Positions 36,955 to 49,253 of a stretch of DNA of 64,000 nucleotides are shown here, piece after piece. Within the stretch, counting starts at the first letter, position 1, and each line of letters starts with the position of its first letter. Location: NCBI GenBank assembly GCA_002269645.1, contig NIVC01000932.1, positions 1 through 64,000 of the forward strand, in the 5' to 3' direction. The notes under the pieces were generated by a model. The model saw only the letters and a list, made by a program, of their open reading frames with translations. It did not search any database and was not told where the DNA came from. The position numbers and the translations under genes are program-made. The stretch comes from Macrostomum lignano (Eukaryota).

Positions 36955-39900
36955 ATGTTTCTGCGCGCACTTAAATTTCTGCTTCTGCTGTCACCGTTGC
37001 TGCTACCGGGAGTCGCTGGAAGCGAAGTGTCGGATGCCACCGGCAGAGTTGCATGGAGGCTGCACGCGTGTAAGCGCTCGGCTGCCAAAGTTTTTGCTCT
37101 GGTTTTTGTTTGTCGCAGAAAGTCAAAGCTGGAAAGGATGGAGAGCCGCTAGCAAGTGAAAGGCTAATCAGAAATGGAAGCAACAGGTTTAGCTGTCCAT
37201 CGAAAATCTTTTCAAAGCATAAACAAGGCAATAAATTATTGAGATTCTCAATGCACCAGCCGGCTGCTGCACTGCAATTAGAAATTCATAAATTCAAGCA
37301 GAAACTGCAGCCCCAGCGTCGCTTCTGCTTTTAGGGAAATTGAAGGGGGGGCAGATCTTTTTATTTCACCCATCCGCATCCCACGCCAGAGCGTCGCTTC
37401 CGCCCCTTCCCGCAGGGGGTCCGGCGGGCCCGGTGGGCCCACCAGCCGACACTATGGAGACTCTGCCGGCTGATGAAGAGAAAGCCAGAGAGGCCAGTGA
37501 GTGATTCAGCTGACTCGGACACGCTGAATGTACTTTTCTGTGTTAGCAGCTACTCGTGCTGTCTCAATCTGCAGAGCTGTTTGATGCTGAGCAGTGTGCC
37601 TGACTCTCCCAGTCTGCAGAGCTGTTTGATGCTGAGCAGTGTGCCTGACTCTCCCAGTCTGCAGAGCTGTTTGATGCTGAGCAGTGTGCCTGACTCTCGC
37701 AGTCTTCAGAGCTGTTTGATGCTGAGCAGTGTGCCTGACTCTCCCAGTCTGCAGGGCTGTTTGATGCTGAGCAGTGTGCCTGACTCTCCCAGTCTGCAGG
37801 GCTGTTTGATGCTGAGCAGTGTGCCTGACTCTCCCAGTCTGCAGAGCTGTTTGATGCTGAGCAGTGTGCCTGACTCTCGCAGTCTTCAGAGCTGTTTGAT
37901 GCTGAGCAGTGTGCCTGACTCTCCCAGTCTGCAGGGCTGTTTGATGCTGAGCAGTGTGCCTGACTCTCCCAGTCTGCAGAGCTGTTTGATGCTGAGCAGT
38001 GTACCTGACTCTCCCAGTCTGCAGAGCTGTGTCGTCGCTGCCACCCGACGCTCACCTGCTGGCTGCGTCGAGCTCCGGATTTCACCCGGCCCTGAACAGC
38101 TTCTGCCTCGCCTTCAACGTCACCTGCGTCTTTCTGGACGCACTGGAGGGCGAACGAGTCCCCGACGACTGGCTGCACAACGCCATCCGCTTCTTTCCAG
38201 CACCAGAGCTGCGCAGCCAATCGGTTTACGAGTACATCACCTGGGCCATGTGGACCAATTTTGTAGTTCTCTACTGCGACTTTCACAGTGAGACATTGTG
38301 CACTTTCTGTGTCAGCAATGCAGAGTTTAAGTTTCTCTCTCGCCTTCCAACTCCAGACCTGGAAAGCATCCACAGCGTGTTCAACTATCCTATGGGCCCC
38401 GTACTGTTTCGGCACCTCGACCTGGACGATGCTCACGGCACACAGAGCGTGCTGCGTCAACTGAAACTGTCCACAATCAACAATTTCATTCTGGACATGC
38501 CGCACAGCCAGATTCTCAAGTTTCTAAAGCTGGTACTTTCTCCTATTAGATTAGTAGTGTTTTTAGTTTTATCCACTATTGAGTTAAAGAACGCGATGCA
38601 ATCTTGCGACAATTTCAGGCTAGCGAAGCAAATTTGAAGGGGCTGGCTAGAAGCTTCCTTCTGATCCGGGAGGTGAGGGTACAGTGATGATTGACGCCTC
38701 GAGCATCTCAATATCGAAAGCAACTCTCATAGTTTGCGCGAATTCTCGCTTACTGTCTGTCCGTCAAATCTGTTCTCAACGAGCTTTAATGCTTTTCTGT
38801 AGGCCTTTTTCAACGCATTTCCTCCTGCAGATTAACAGCACCTTCTTCAAGGAGCAGATGGCTAGCAGAGTCTGGGCCGGCATGAACTTCACCTCGCACC
38901 TGTTTGATGGAGTCGAATTTGTTGGAGATGAGCCTCGTCCGGTGAGCTAATGAGACGGACACTGCCTCAATTCCATCTAATCTTAGTTAAGTTTACACTT
39001 TTGAGTTCACTGTCAAGGACCACCAGAAGTTACATTCGTGAATATTGCAAAAAAATTTACGTGTAACGTGGTATTTATCGATGCTTGCCTTCAAAAAAAG
39101 CATTCTATTTGACTGTTTTTAAAGAAACCTGCACTGGCTTTGTGCAACAGAAGCTTCAACTTAGGTGTATTTATAATTTGTGTGTACGAGTATAAAAAGT
39201 ATTTTAAAAAGTACATGATATGAAAATGCATTCATGATTATTTAATCGACTGCTTTACCACCTGAGCGTCCGCACAACGAATCATCAGGTTAATGCGGTA
39301 ATACCTTGAGTCAATTGGAGCAAGCTAGCGTTTCGTTTTGAACGATTATTTCATATTTTTCATAATTAATTGCATTCGCATTCAAGTTATGCTACCTCTT
39401 TGTCAGTAGAGAGAAAGAGCATCGCGTCTTTTTATTTCGGCCTGGAACATTCCTACCGACAGAGGCGCAACAAGACTTCAGCGCTGGAGTTGCTGATGAA
39501 TGCGGCGCACTCCTATTGGCTCAGCAGGTGGGCATCGGCGGGCGGAGCGCTTCGAGCTGGCTTCAAGAACCGGGCGGGCGCGTGGGAGCGGTGCGGCTCG
39601 CTAGGAGGCCGCGTTCACCCAGCCGCTGGGGAGTTTCGTCAACTGCTGGAGGCGAGTTGCAGCGCGTCTGTTTTGCAGTGTTGACCTTATAGAGGGTTGG
39701 CCTTACCCCCTATCAACGGTCATAGAGGGTTGACCTTACCCCATCAAGGGTCATAGAGGGTTGACCTTACCCCCTATCAAGGGTCATAGAGGGTTGACCT
39801 TACCCCCTATCAAGGGTCATAGAGGGTTGACCTAATCGTTCGAGGGTAAAAAAAGGTTCCCTCTTCACGTCACCCGCAGAAGTTTGAACTCTTTTGAAGT

Positions 39901-42900
39901 AGAATTCTGATTAGAGATGCGAATAAACAGTGGATACAGCGAATGTCACAAAATCACCAATCCAAGATGCACACCAAACGAACAGCTGCCTGTTCCAATC
40001 TGAAAACCCGCAGAAGCAAATCGAACAGCAAGTGGGCACGGTGATGATCGATGGAAAACGGTTGTACAACTTCTCATTCAGCGTGTACCACATGTACACG
40101 GAGCGGGATCCCGAGGTAAGCTAGCAGTTCAGCAGGGCTCACCAATTTCACGACCCACGGTTAACTGCTATACTCGTCAATATTTTGTTGCAAAAACTTT
40201 CAGACCAAAGAGAACCTGAAGGAGATGAACGATGTAATCTTGCCTATCGCTAATCTGCTTTGGCGCAGCAGTCAATTTGATTTAGCTTAGATTGCATGAC
40301 TTTATTTTTCAGCAACCGCTAAATAACATTTCATTTATCCACACAGTAAATTAGTTTCGCATTTTAGCATGGTGAATAAGCTGCTCAGTAGAGAAAGATA
40401 ATATATTTACAGCTTGTTTGCTTGGATCGGTTGTTTTAAACTACTTAAAGTACGAGCCGTAGCTATTGAATGCTTTTTTACTCAGCGATGATAAATGCGC
40501 GCACAAGTCATTGGTTGGGGGACTAAAAGAACCAAGAATAACAGACAATTCTTGCTTCTGAACAAAGACATCTTGCATCGTGTCGAAGGGGGAGGCCGTA
40601 GCCCAGTGGTCTGATGTGCCAGCGGCCCAGGCTCGATTCCCAGTGCAGTCACATTAATTTGGGACTAAATTGGAATCTCGGCTTGGCTCTGCTCGTGAAA
40701 TTAACGGCCTTGAGAGCCACCCCCCCCCAAGGCGCAGTGAAGTGTACATGCCTAACTATAATATAAAGTTAGGGCCGCTGTACACTCCTGTGTGAGTGTG
40801 TGCCTGCGTACGTATCCGCGCGCTTGTGTGCCTGCTCAGGGGAGTCGGCGGAATGGGCAGTAATGCCTCTCGCTGGTTGTGTGCCAATGTCGCTTAAAAT
40901 GCGCCAGGGTGCACACAACCCCCCTGCTTCTAATAAAAAAACCGCCCTAAATGCTGAACCTTGAATGCATTTTAACTGAAAATCAATACCAACATTTTTA
41001 TTTTTGTATGCCCGCACTGCTTGATTTAGTGGAACTTACCGCCAAGCTTAAATGTGCGAGAAGCATTAGCTTGATAGTTCATCACTGTCACTGCCGATTA
41101 GACTCATTAAATAAGACTGAAGGCTGGAATGCATTCACCGCGCTTCAGTTTGCCACCTGGACGGCGCAAAAGGGATTCGTCATGGCCCCAGGAGCCAGCA
41201 ACCGGCATCAGCGGCACTTTCGCGAGTTCATGAACGAGCTGAACCTCACGGTGGTCACCGTCATCGATCCGCCGTTCAGCTTCGAGCGCGATTTCGACGA
41301 CAACGGAAATCGATTGTATGGCAACGACAGGTGGACCGGCTTCTCTATCGAGCTGTTCAAGCGGGTGGCTTCTGTGCTCAATTTGACGTGAGTCTGGGCG
41401 CGTATTAGTGCCTTTAGTGTCTCAGTGTTTATGGTTTAGAGCGCCACCCCTTGAAGCAGCCACTATGAGGGAGTCACCCCGCTGTGATGGAGTAGCAGAT
41501 GTGAGCTGGGTCGGGTCTCAAAACTTCTGTGCCAGTGTCTGAACACCTGACCATCTTGCAGTGAGTCAGGCGTATTCAAACCATCATCTGGTAACTGGAC
41601 CATCGGTACAAATTCCGCTTCAGCTACACAATTCGAGTCAGCTCAGACGGGCAATTCGGCGGCCTGGTTGAGAACGACTCAGATGAGCAGGTTTGGTCAG
41701 GAACAGTCGGCGAATTGATGGCCGGCACAGCCGATGTGGCCGTGGCCTCTCTAGTCATCACCTACGACAGGGAGCGCGTGAGAGCTGCACAGCATGCTAC
41801 TTACACTCATTCTCAAAATTTGAGTCACGTTAAAGCAATGAGGCTCTAATCCATCAATAGGTCGTGGACTTCACCACTCCGTACACAAGCCTGGGCCTGA
41901 GCGTGATCATGAAGAAGCCGGAGCAGCAGACCGACCCGCTCCAGTTCATGCTGCCCTTCAGCGGTCGCGTGTGGACCTGCATGCTGCTGGCCTGGCTGCT
42001 CACCAGCCTGCTCATGCTAGTGTGCGCCAGGCTGAGTCCCTACGAGTGGTACTCGCACAATGACTGCGTGCCAGTTGTGGAAAACCAGTTTGGTGCACTG
42101 AACAGCATGTGGTTCACCATTGGCTCCCTGATGCAGCAGGGTGAGTGCCAGAATCCAATATGAGCCGCCCTTGGTCTGCCTGACACAGTGGTTGTTGGTT
42201 GTTGGGTATCCGGGGTCCACGTCGTGTTCTCTGGAGTGGGAGTCCGTGAATGTTAATAATAATCGATTACACCTGTCCCAATTGGACCAGATGTGCAACC
42301 GACAGCTCAGCCGCAGCTATTGAGCGGCGCATCTGAAGGCTGCGTACGGCTGTTCAGTCCAAGGACTGGGGGGGGGGGTCGCCACACACACCCTCAATTA
42401 CCCCAGCTAGTTCTGGCACCCATTTTACAGCTGGGTGAACTGAAGCAATGCTGAGGTATGTGTCTTGCTCAAGGACACTTATTGTTCTGAGTGGATCGAG
42501 AATCGAACCCACGACCTTCAAGTCGGAGTCCGTGAAGCTCTCCAAAAAACCCGATTTCATTTGACTGTGGAGACGCGGTATTCGGTGGGTCAGTTGCGGT
42601 TGTTGATTGGGGTCGATTTTTTATTTTATTCAAGCCAAGTTCTCATATTTCCTTTCAGTAAGGCAACGGCTTTCGATGTTGAGTATTTTTAACCAAATTT
42701 AGAATGTCGATGAGTCAATAGAAGAACAGGGGTGGTGAGACGTGTTAGGCAGTGTCGGGATGGACGCAGGATGGACTGGGTGGGTTAGGTAGCCACGATA
42801 GCCTACTTACAATTAAGTAATTAAGTACTTAAGATTTAATATCCCGGTAACATCCCAAAACCTCAGGATCCGATTTGGCCCAAGAGCCTCATCGACGAGG

Positions 42901-45338
42901 ATGGTTGCGACAACCTGGTGGTTCTTCACCCTGCTGCTCATCAGCTCCTACACGGCCAACCTGGCCGCTTTTCTCACCACCAGCCGGCTCGGCAACATCG
43001 ACAGCGTGGAAGCGCTGGCCAGCCAGAGCAAAGTGAAGTTCGGCTGTCCCGTTGGCGGGGCCATGTACAACTTCTTCAAGGTAAATTGGACTGACAGGTG
43101 TGAGCAGTGTGCACCTTCATCAAGGTAAATTGGACTGAGGTGCGAGCAGTGCACCTTCATCAAGGTAAATTGGACTGATAGGTGTGAGCAGTGTGCACCT
43201 TCATCAAGCTAAATTGGACTGAGGTGCGAGCAGTGTGCACCTTCATCAAGGTAAATTGGGCTGAGGTGCGAGCAGTGTGCACCTTCATCAATGTCTGATT
43301 TGTAAACAACGACGAATATTTCTACGTGTAAAATTCGTTTTGTTCCTACGAATTTCAGAACTCGAAGATTACCGTCTACCGGCGGATGTGGGACTCCATG
43401 GTTTCCTGGAGCGCTAAAAACGAGTCGTTTGTCGGGAAAACATCGGAAGGAATCAGCCGCGTTCGGGAGGGAGGCTACGCCTACATCCTTGAGTCCACGT
43501 TTAACCAGTACTATCGAGAGAGAGACTGCGAGCTCACGCAGATTGGAGGCATCTTCAATCCCAGCAGCTACGCGTTCGCAGTACCGCAGGGCAGTGAGTG
43601 ATCTCGATCCCAGATCCCGATCCCAGATCCCGATCCCAGATCCCGATCCCAGATCCCGATCCCAGATCCCGATCCCAGATCCCGATCCCAGATCCCGATC
43701 CCAGATCCCGATCCCAGATCCCGATCCCAGATCCCGATCCCAGATCCCGATCCCAGATCCCGATCCCAGATCCCGATCCCAGATCCCGATCCCAGATCCC
43801 GATCCCAGATCCCGATCCCAGATCCCGATCCCAGATCCCGATCCCAGATCCCGATCCCAGATCCCGATCCCAGATCCCGATCCCAGATCCCGATCCCAGA
43901 TCCCGATCCCAGATCCCGATCCCAGATCCCGATCCCAGATCCCGATCCCAGATCCCGATCCCAGATCCCGATCCCAGATCCCGATCCCAGATCCCGATCC
44001 CAGATCCCGATCCCAGATCCCGATCCCAGATCCCGATCCCAGATCCCGATCCCAGATCCCGATCCCAGATCCCGATCCCAGATCCCGATCCCAGATCCCG
44101 ATCCCAGATCCCGATCCCAGATCCCGATCCCAGATCCCGATCCCAGATCCCGATCCCAGATCCCGATCCCAGATCCCGATCCCAGATCCCGATCCCAGAT
44201 CCCGATCCCAGATCCCGATCCCAGAGTAAGTGATTCAGAATTGGGCTTCAGACATTCTTCACTCTATCAGGACTCACTTTTGTCGCACGTTGCACTTCCA
44301 AGACGTACTACTTCGAGACGAGCTGAGCGAGGTGATTCTGAAGCTGCACAAGGAGCAGTTCATCGAGGACCTGTCTGATGCCTGGATCAAGCGGTTCAAC
44401 CTGACCGGGCCGCCGTGCAGCGAGGTGCACACAGGATCCACCCCAGACGGCACCCTGGACGTCGCCTCATTCGGCGGAGTTTTTGTCTCAATGCTGGTCG
44501 GACTGGGAGTCGCGGTGCTGCTGTGCTTCATCGAGCTGATGTGGCGCAGCGCTACCTTGGCGATGAGAACTCAAGTGAGCTGATGACATTATTACTCAAT
44601 CGGCAGGTGTCATTCATTAGAAATAGATTCAGTTGTCATCCTCTGGATTCCATCATCACCTGGATTCCATCATCACCTGGATTCCATCATCACCTGGATT
44701 CCATCATCACCTGGATTCCATCATCACCTGGATTCCATCATCACCTGGATTCCATCATCACCTGGATTCCATCATCACCTGGATTCCATCATCACCTGGA
44801 TTCCATCATCACCTGGATTCCATCATCACCTGGATTCCATCATCACCTGGATTCCATCATCACCTGGATTCCATCATCACCTGGATTCCATCATCACCTG
44901 GATTCCATCATCACCTGGATTCCATCATCACCTGGATTCCATCATCACCTGGATTCCATCATCACCTGGATTGGTGTGATTAAGTGTAAAGTGGAGTCAT
45001 AAGAAAATTCTGTTTGCTTGGAGTTTACGCGAAGAAACTTGGAGTTTGAAGGCTGAAGTTTGCGCCAACTCATCCCGAGACTTCCCGCCGCTCCGCAGCG
45101 AAGCTTCGCGGATTTGTGCATCGAACAGCTGCGGCTCGCCTTCCGTCTGGCCGTCAACCGCAAGTCGCCGCCAGTGAAGAGCTCTCCGGCGCTGCCGCCG
45201 CCGCGACCGATGGTATCGCTGCAACTGCCGCAGCCGTCGAAGTCGCCAAAGAGAGAGCCGTCGATTGGTGGCAGCGACGACAGCGGAAATGGGTACGGCG
45301 AGACTTCCATGGCAGTGGCTGCGGACACCCGACTGTGA
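36955..45338 (+). CDS. Ionotropic glutamate receptor, AMPA/kainate-like, with a 1-bp frameshift
   Basis: Exons: 36955-37069 (signal peptide) and 37416-37496 (both tentative), 38018-38532, 38831-38941, ~39412-39651, 40014-40115, 41149-41387, 41624-41777, 41861-42140, 42867-43080, 43359-43593, 44303-44574, 45099-45338. Motifs S1 [29 protein letters not shown], pore [21 protein letters not shown]2 YILES, M4 GGVF. One C is missing at ~42880. Confidence 0.9.
37568..38029. repeat. 45-bp minisatellite, 10 copies, containing the exon splice acceptor
   Basis: Unit tctgcagagctgtttgatgctgagcagtgtgcctgactctcccag; the last junction is the acceptor at 38017|38018. Confidence 0.95.
39685..39832. repeat. 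~31-33-bp minisatellite
   Basis: catagagggttgaccttaccccctatcaagggt, 4-5 copies. Confidence 0.9.
40588..40941 (+). mobile_element. tRNA-derived SINE (family A), second full-length copy
   Basis: Colinear with 4577-4930 over ~350 bp; A/B-box-like head and A-rich tail. Confidence 0.85.
42251..42524 (-). mobile_element. CORE-type SINE, 5'-truncated, flanked by a 12-bp direct repeat
   Basis: Minus strand has B box gggttcgattc, then gtgtccttgagcaagacac...cagttcacccagctgtaaaatggg (CORE-like, from memory) and an (att)n tail. ggagtccgtgaa at 42239-42250 and 42525-42536. Confidence 0.7.
43071..43290. repeat. ~40-44-bp minisatellite, 5 copies, containing the splice donor
   Basis: Unit cttcatcaag|gtaaattggactga..gtg(t/c)gagcagtgtgcac. 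Confidence 0.93.
43606..44224. repeat. 13-bp minisatellite (cccagatcccgat)n
   Basis: About 47 perfect copies. Confidence 0.98.
44642..44970. repeat. 17-bp minisatellite (ctggattccatcatcac)n
   Basis: About 19 perfect copies. Confidence 0.97.
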
Positions 45339-45340
45339 AC

Positions 45341-45597
<257 letters not shown>

Positions 45598-46072
45598 GTG
45601 AGAGTTTGTCATTCTGCTAGAAAATCGCCATTATGATCACTTGATACTATCTATGCCGTGGCCCGGACACTAGTTAGCCCACAAGATAGTTATCCCAAGC
45701 ATCTGAAAGATCCCATGCTTTTCAAACGGCAATGATGACCGCCACTATTACAGCATCGAAGGTATTCAAGCAATAAACAAACTCTTTGCAGAATTCTTTG
45801 GAGCTCATGAAACTTTTTTCTTAACGCTGCCGAGCTCATGAGATCCGTCATTTATTTCCTTTTTGATTCGATAAGCTTAGCTCAAGGAGTTATCGGATAG
45901 CTGTCCTGTGCAGTGACAGGTAGGCAGATGCAGTGGGAAACTTGTGCGAACAAGCAGAGCAAATATTGTCTGTCACCTGCAGCTGCGTTTGATAGGGAAT
46001 GAAATAGAGAATGCTTGCACTTTTTCTCACGGATCTGAAGATTTTGACCAGAGGGCTTTAAAGTACAAGGAA

Positions 46073-46388
46073 TAGAATGAATGGATTGCTAATCTAGCCA
46101 ATACACGGATGCAGGAATAGAGTGGATTGCTAATCTAGCCAATACATGGATGCAGGAATAGAATGGATTGCTAATCTAGCCAATACACGGATGCAGGAAT
46201 AGAGTGGATTGCTAATCTAGCCAATACACTGATGCAGGAATAGAATGGATTGCTAATCTAGCCAATACACGGATGCAGGAGTAGAATGGATTGCTAATCT
46301 AGCCAATGCATGGATGCAGGAATAGAATGGATTGCTAATCTAGCCAATACACGGATGCAGGAATAGAATGGATTGCTAATCTAGCCAA
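46073..46388. repeat. 41-bp minisatellite carrying CCAAT boxes
   Basis: Unit ggaatagaatggattgctaatctagccaatacacggatgca; CCAAT at 46098, 46139, 46180, 46221, 46262, 46303 and 46344. Confidence 0.93.
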
Positions 46389-46758
46389 GCACAAATCAAG
46401 GCGTTAGCTGAATCTGAACTTATTGCTAAGTTTAGTCTCAGAATGCGCTACGCAGTCCGGATCTACAGCAGCCCTCAAACTGGCTATTTTTAGTGAAATT
46501 ATGCATATAAATATTCAGTTAGTTCGCCAGCACTGCCTTATTTGGCTTCGTTAATCTGCTGTGCAAGCGTAAAAAACGGCAAAGTGAAACAGCGGGAGAC
46601 TCAGAGAGAAAATGAGCGCTCAGTCACGTTTGTTTTCGAGCACGCGGCGATGAATGGGGAAAAGTCGCCGCGGCTGATTGGCGCTGATTGGTCAGCGGCC
46701 CCGGCTACATAAGCGCGTCCCGCTGCCGCTGATGCCCCCATGGCGAGCCTCCGGCAGC

Positions 46759-47292
46759 ATGGGCCAAATCTGCTTGGCAGCCAAGACCTCCTCGGTTGAC
46801 AACGGCGACGAAAAACTGGCCTCTGAAGTCGCCGCCATACAGCTGGAGTCCACGGCCGTTGGGCAGTCGCTGAAGTCGTCGACGGAGCCACCGGCTAAGC
46901 CAGTCGTCGGCCTCTCGGGCAGCCTCCGCAGTCACAGGAAGTCGCAGCAGCAGCAGCAGCCGGCCGCCACGGAGCAGCCGCCGCCGAGCCGCAAGAAGTC
47001 TCTGTTCCGCTGTCCGTCCATCGCCGATCGGGAAATGTTCGGCGACCTGCCCGACGGCGTCTCCGAGGCGGCCAGACGCGAGGTGATGCTGCTGCGGGGC
47101 ATGGTGAAGTCCGGCCTGCTGCCGCTGAAGTCCTACCGCCAAATCAGCACCGAGATTGTCGAGGAGGATCTGCGGGCAGCCGCCGCTGGCGCCGACGCCG
47201 CCAACGGAAGTGGCCGAGGGGAGCCGCCATCGCAGGCGGCCGCCCGGCGCAGCAGGGTTTCAATTTTAAAGCAGCGACGAAGCATCACGTGA
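46759..47292 (+). CDS. Orphan single-exon ORF (177 aa), N-terminal MGQIC
   Basis: GC-rich, non-repetitive ORF with codon style like the neighbouring exons. Two reverse CCAAT boxes (ctgattggcgctgattgg, ~46674-46692) lie upstream. No recognisable domain. Confidence 0.6.
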   Translation: MGQICLAAKTSSVDNGDEKLASEVAAIQLESTAVGQSLKSSTEPPAKPVVGLSGSLRSHRKSQQQQQPAATEQPPPSRKKSLFRCPSIADREMFGDLPDGVSEAARREVMLLRGMVKSGLLPLKSYRQISTEIVEEDLRAAAAGADAANGSGRGEPPSQAAARRSRVSILKQRRSIT

Positions 47293-47470
47293 CTCTTTGG
47301 TTCAAGATGCACTTTTATGCGCGTGGAGCTGAGTTCACTGGTTTATTGAACTTGTTGTTGTGTAGCAGCGCAAGCACCCATGATAGTGCGGAGCTTCTTA
47401 AAAGCTTTACTGCAGTTGTGGAATACCCTGAAGGCAATAAAAAATCAAGTTTGATCAACCATTGCCTTTG

Positions 47471-48299
<829 letters not shown>

Positions 48300-48711
48300 G
48301 CAATTTTCTGCATGCAAGGTTCCTCCTATCCGAAAGAAAATTATCCGAGAGAGTTGGCAGTGTTTAGTGAAGCATGAATTGCACTGGAAAAATCATAAGG
48401 TGGATTTCTCTCCATGCTGCTTGGGCTTTCCGTTTGATTCGCCGACCCGCAGCGGGAGAGCTGCGGCGGCGCGGAGCAATTATCCGTGGAAGACAATTTT
48501 TAAATGCGCAAAAACTGGCAGGAGCTGATGTGGAAAGATAGTCTTAAGATTAAAATTAATAGTACTTCACCTAAGGACAGATCAGGAAGTACATGCAGTG
48601 AAGAGAGAAAAAACATATTGAAATGTCGAATGAGGCTCAGAAACCAGAGCAGTGCTTCAAAATGAGTTTGGTGACGGCCAAGGAGCCAGAAAGCATGACA
48701 CATGTGGTCGC

Positions 48712-48927
48712 CCACCTCACTCCGCCCACCTCACTCCGCCCACCTCACTCCGCCCACCTCACTCCGCCCACCTCACTCCGCCACCTCACTCCGCCCACCT
48801 CACTCCGCCCACCTCACTCCGCCACCTCACTCCGCCCACCTCACTCCGCCCACCTCACTCCGCCCACCTCACTCCGCCCACCTCACTCCGCCCACCTCAC
48901 TCCGCCCACCTCACTCCGCCCACCTCA
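48712..48927. repeat. 14-bp minisatellite (ccacctcactccgc)n
   Basis: Directly visible. Confidence 0.95.
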
Positions 48928-49253
48928 CAGAGAGAGTTAGCTCAGAGTTGCAAAAGCGGATGCTTAGCTGCCAAATAAAGGCATACTTACTCACGTGGTG
49001 GCTCTTTATATTTTTTATTTCAAGCGCAAAGCAAAACTTGCGCTCGGGATTCGTACCGTACAGAACTTATCTCTGTGATAGCACAGGCTTAGTATGTACA
49101 CCTTATTCACAGTAACACTTCAGCGATACAGAATGCTTTGAACTACCAGAAGAGCGAATACCTAAAATAAAAAATCAGTTGCAAAATTATGAACAAATCA
49201 ATCGAGCAGTGAGAAAGCGCGCAGCAGCTTGTGGCTTGTGGCGGAAGTGGCAT

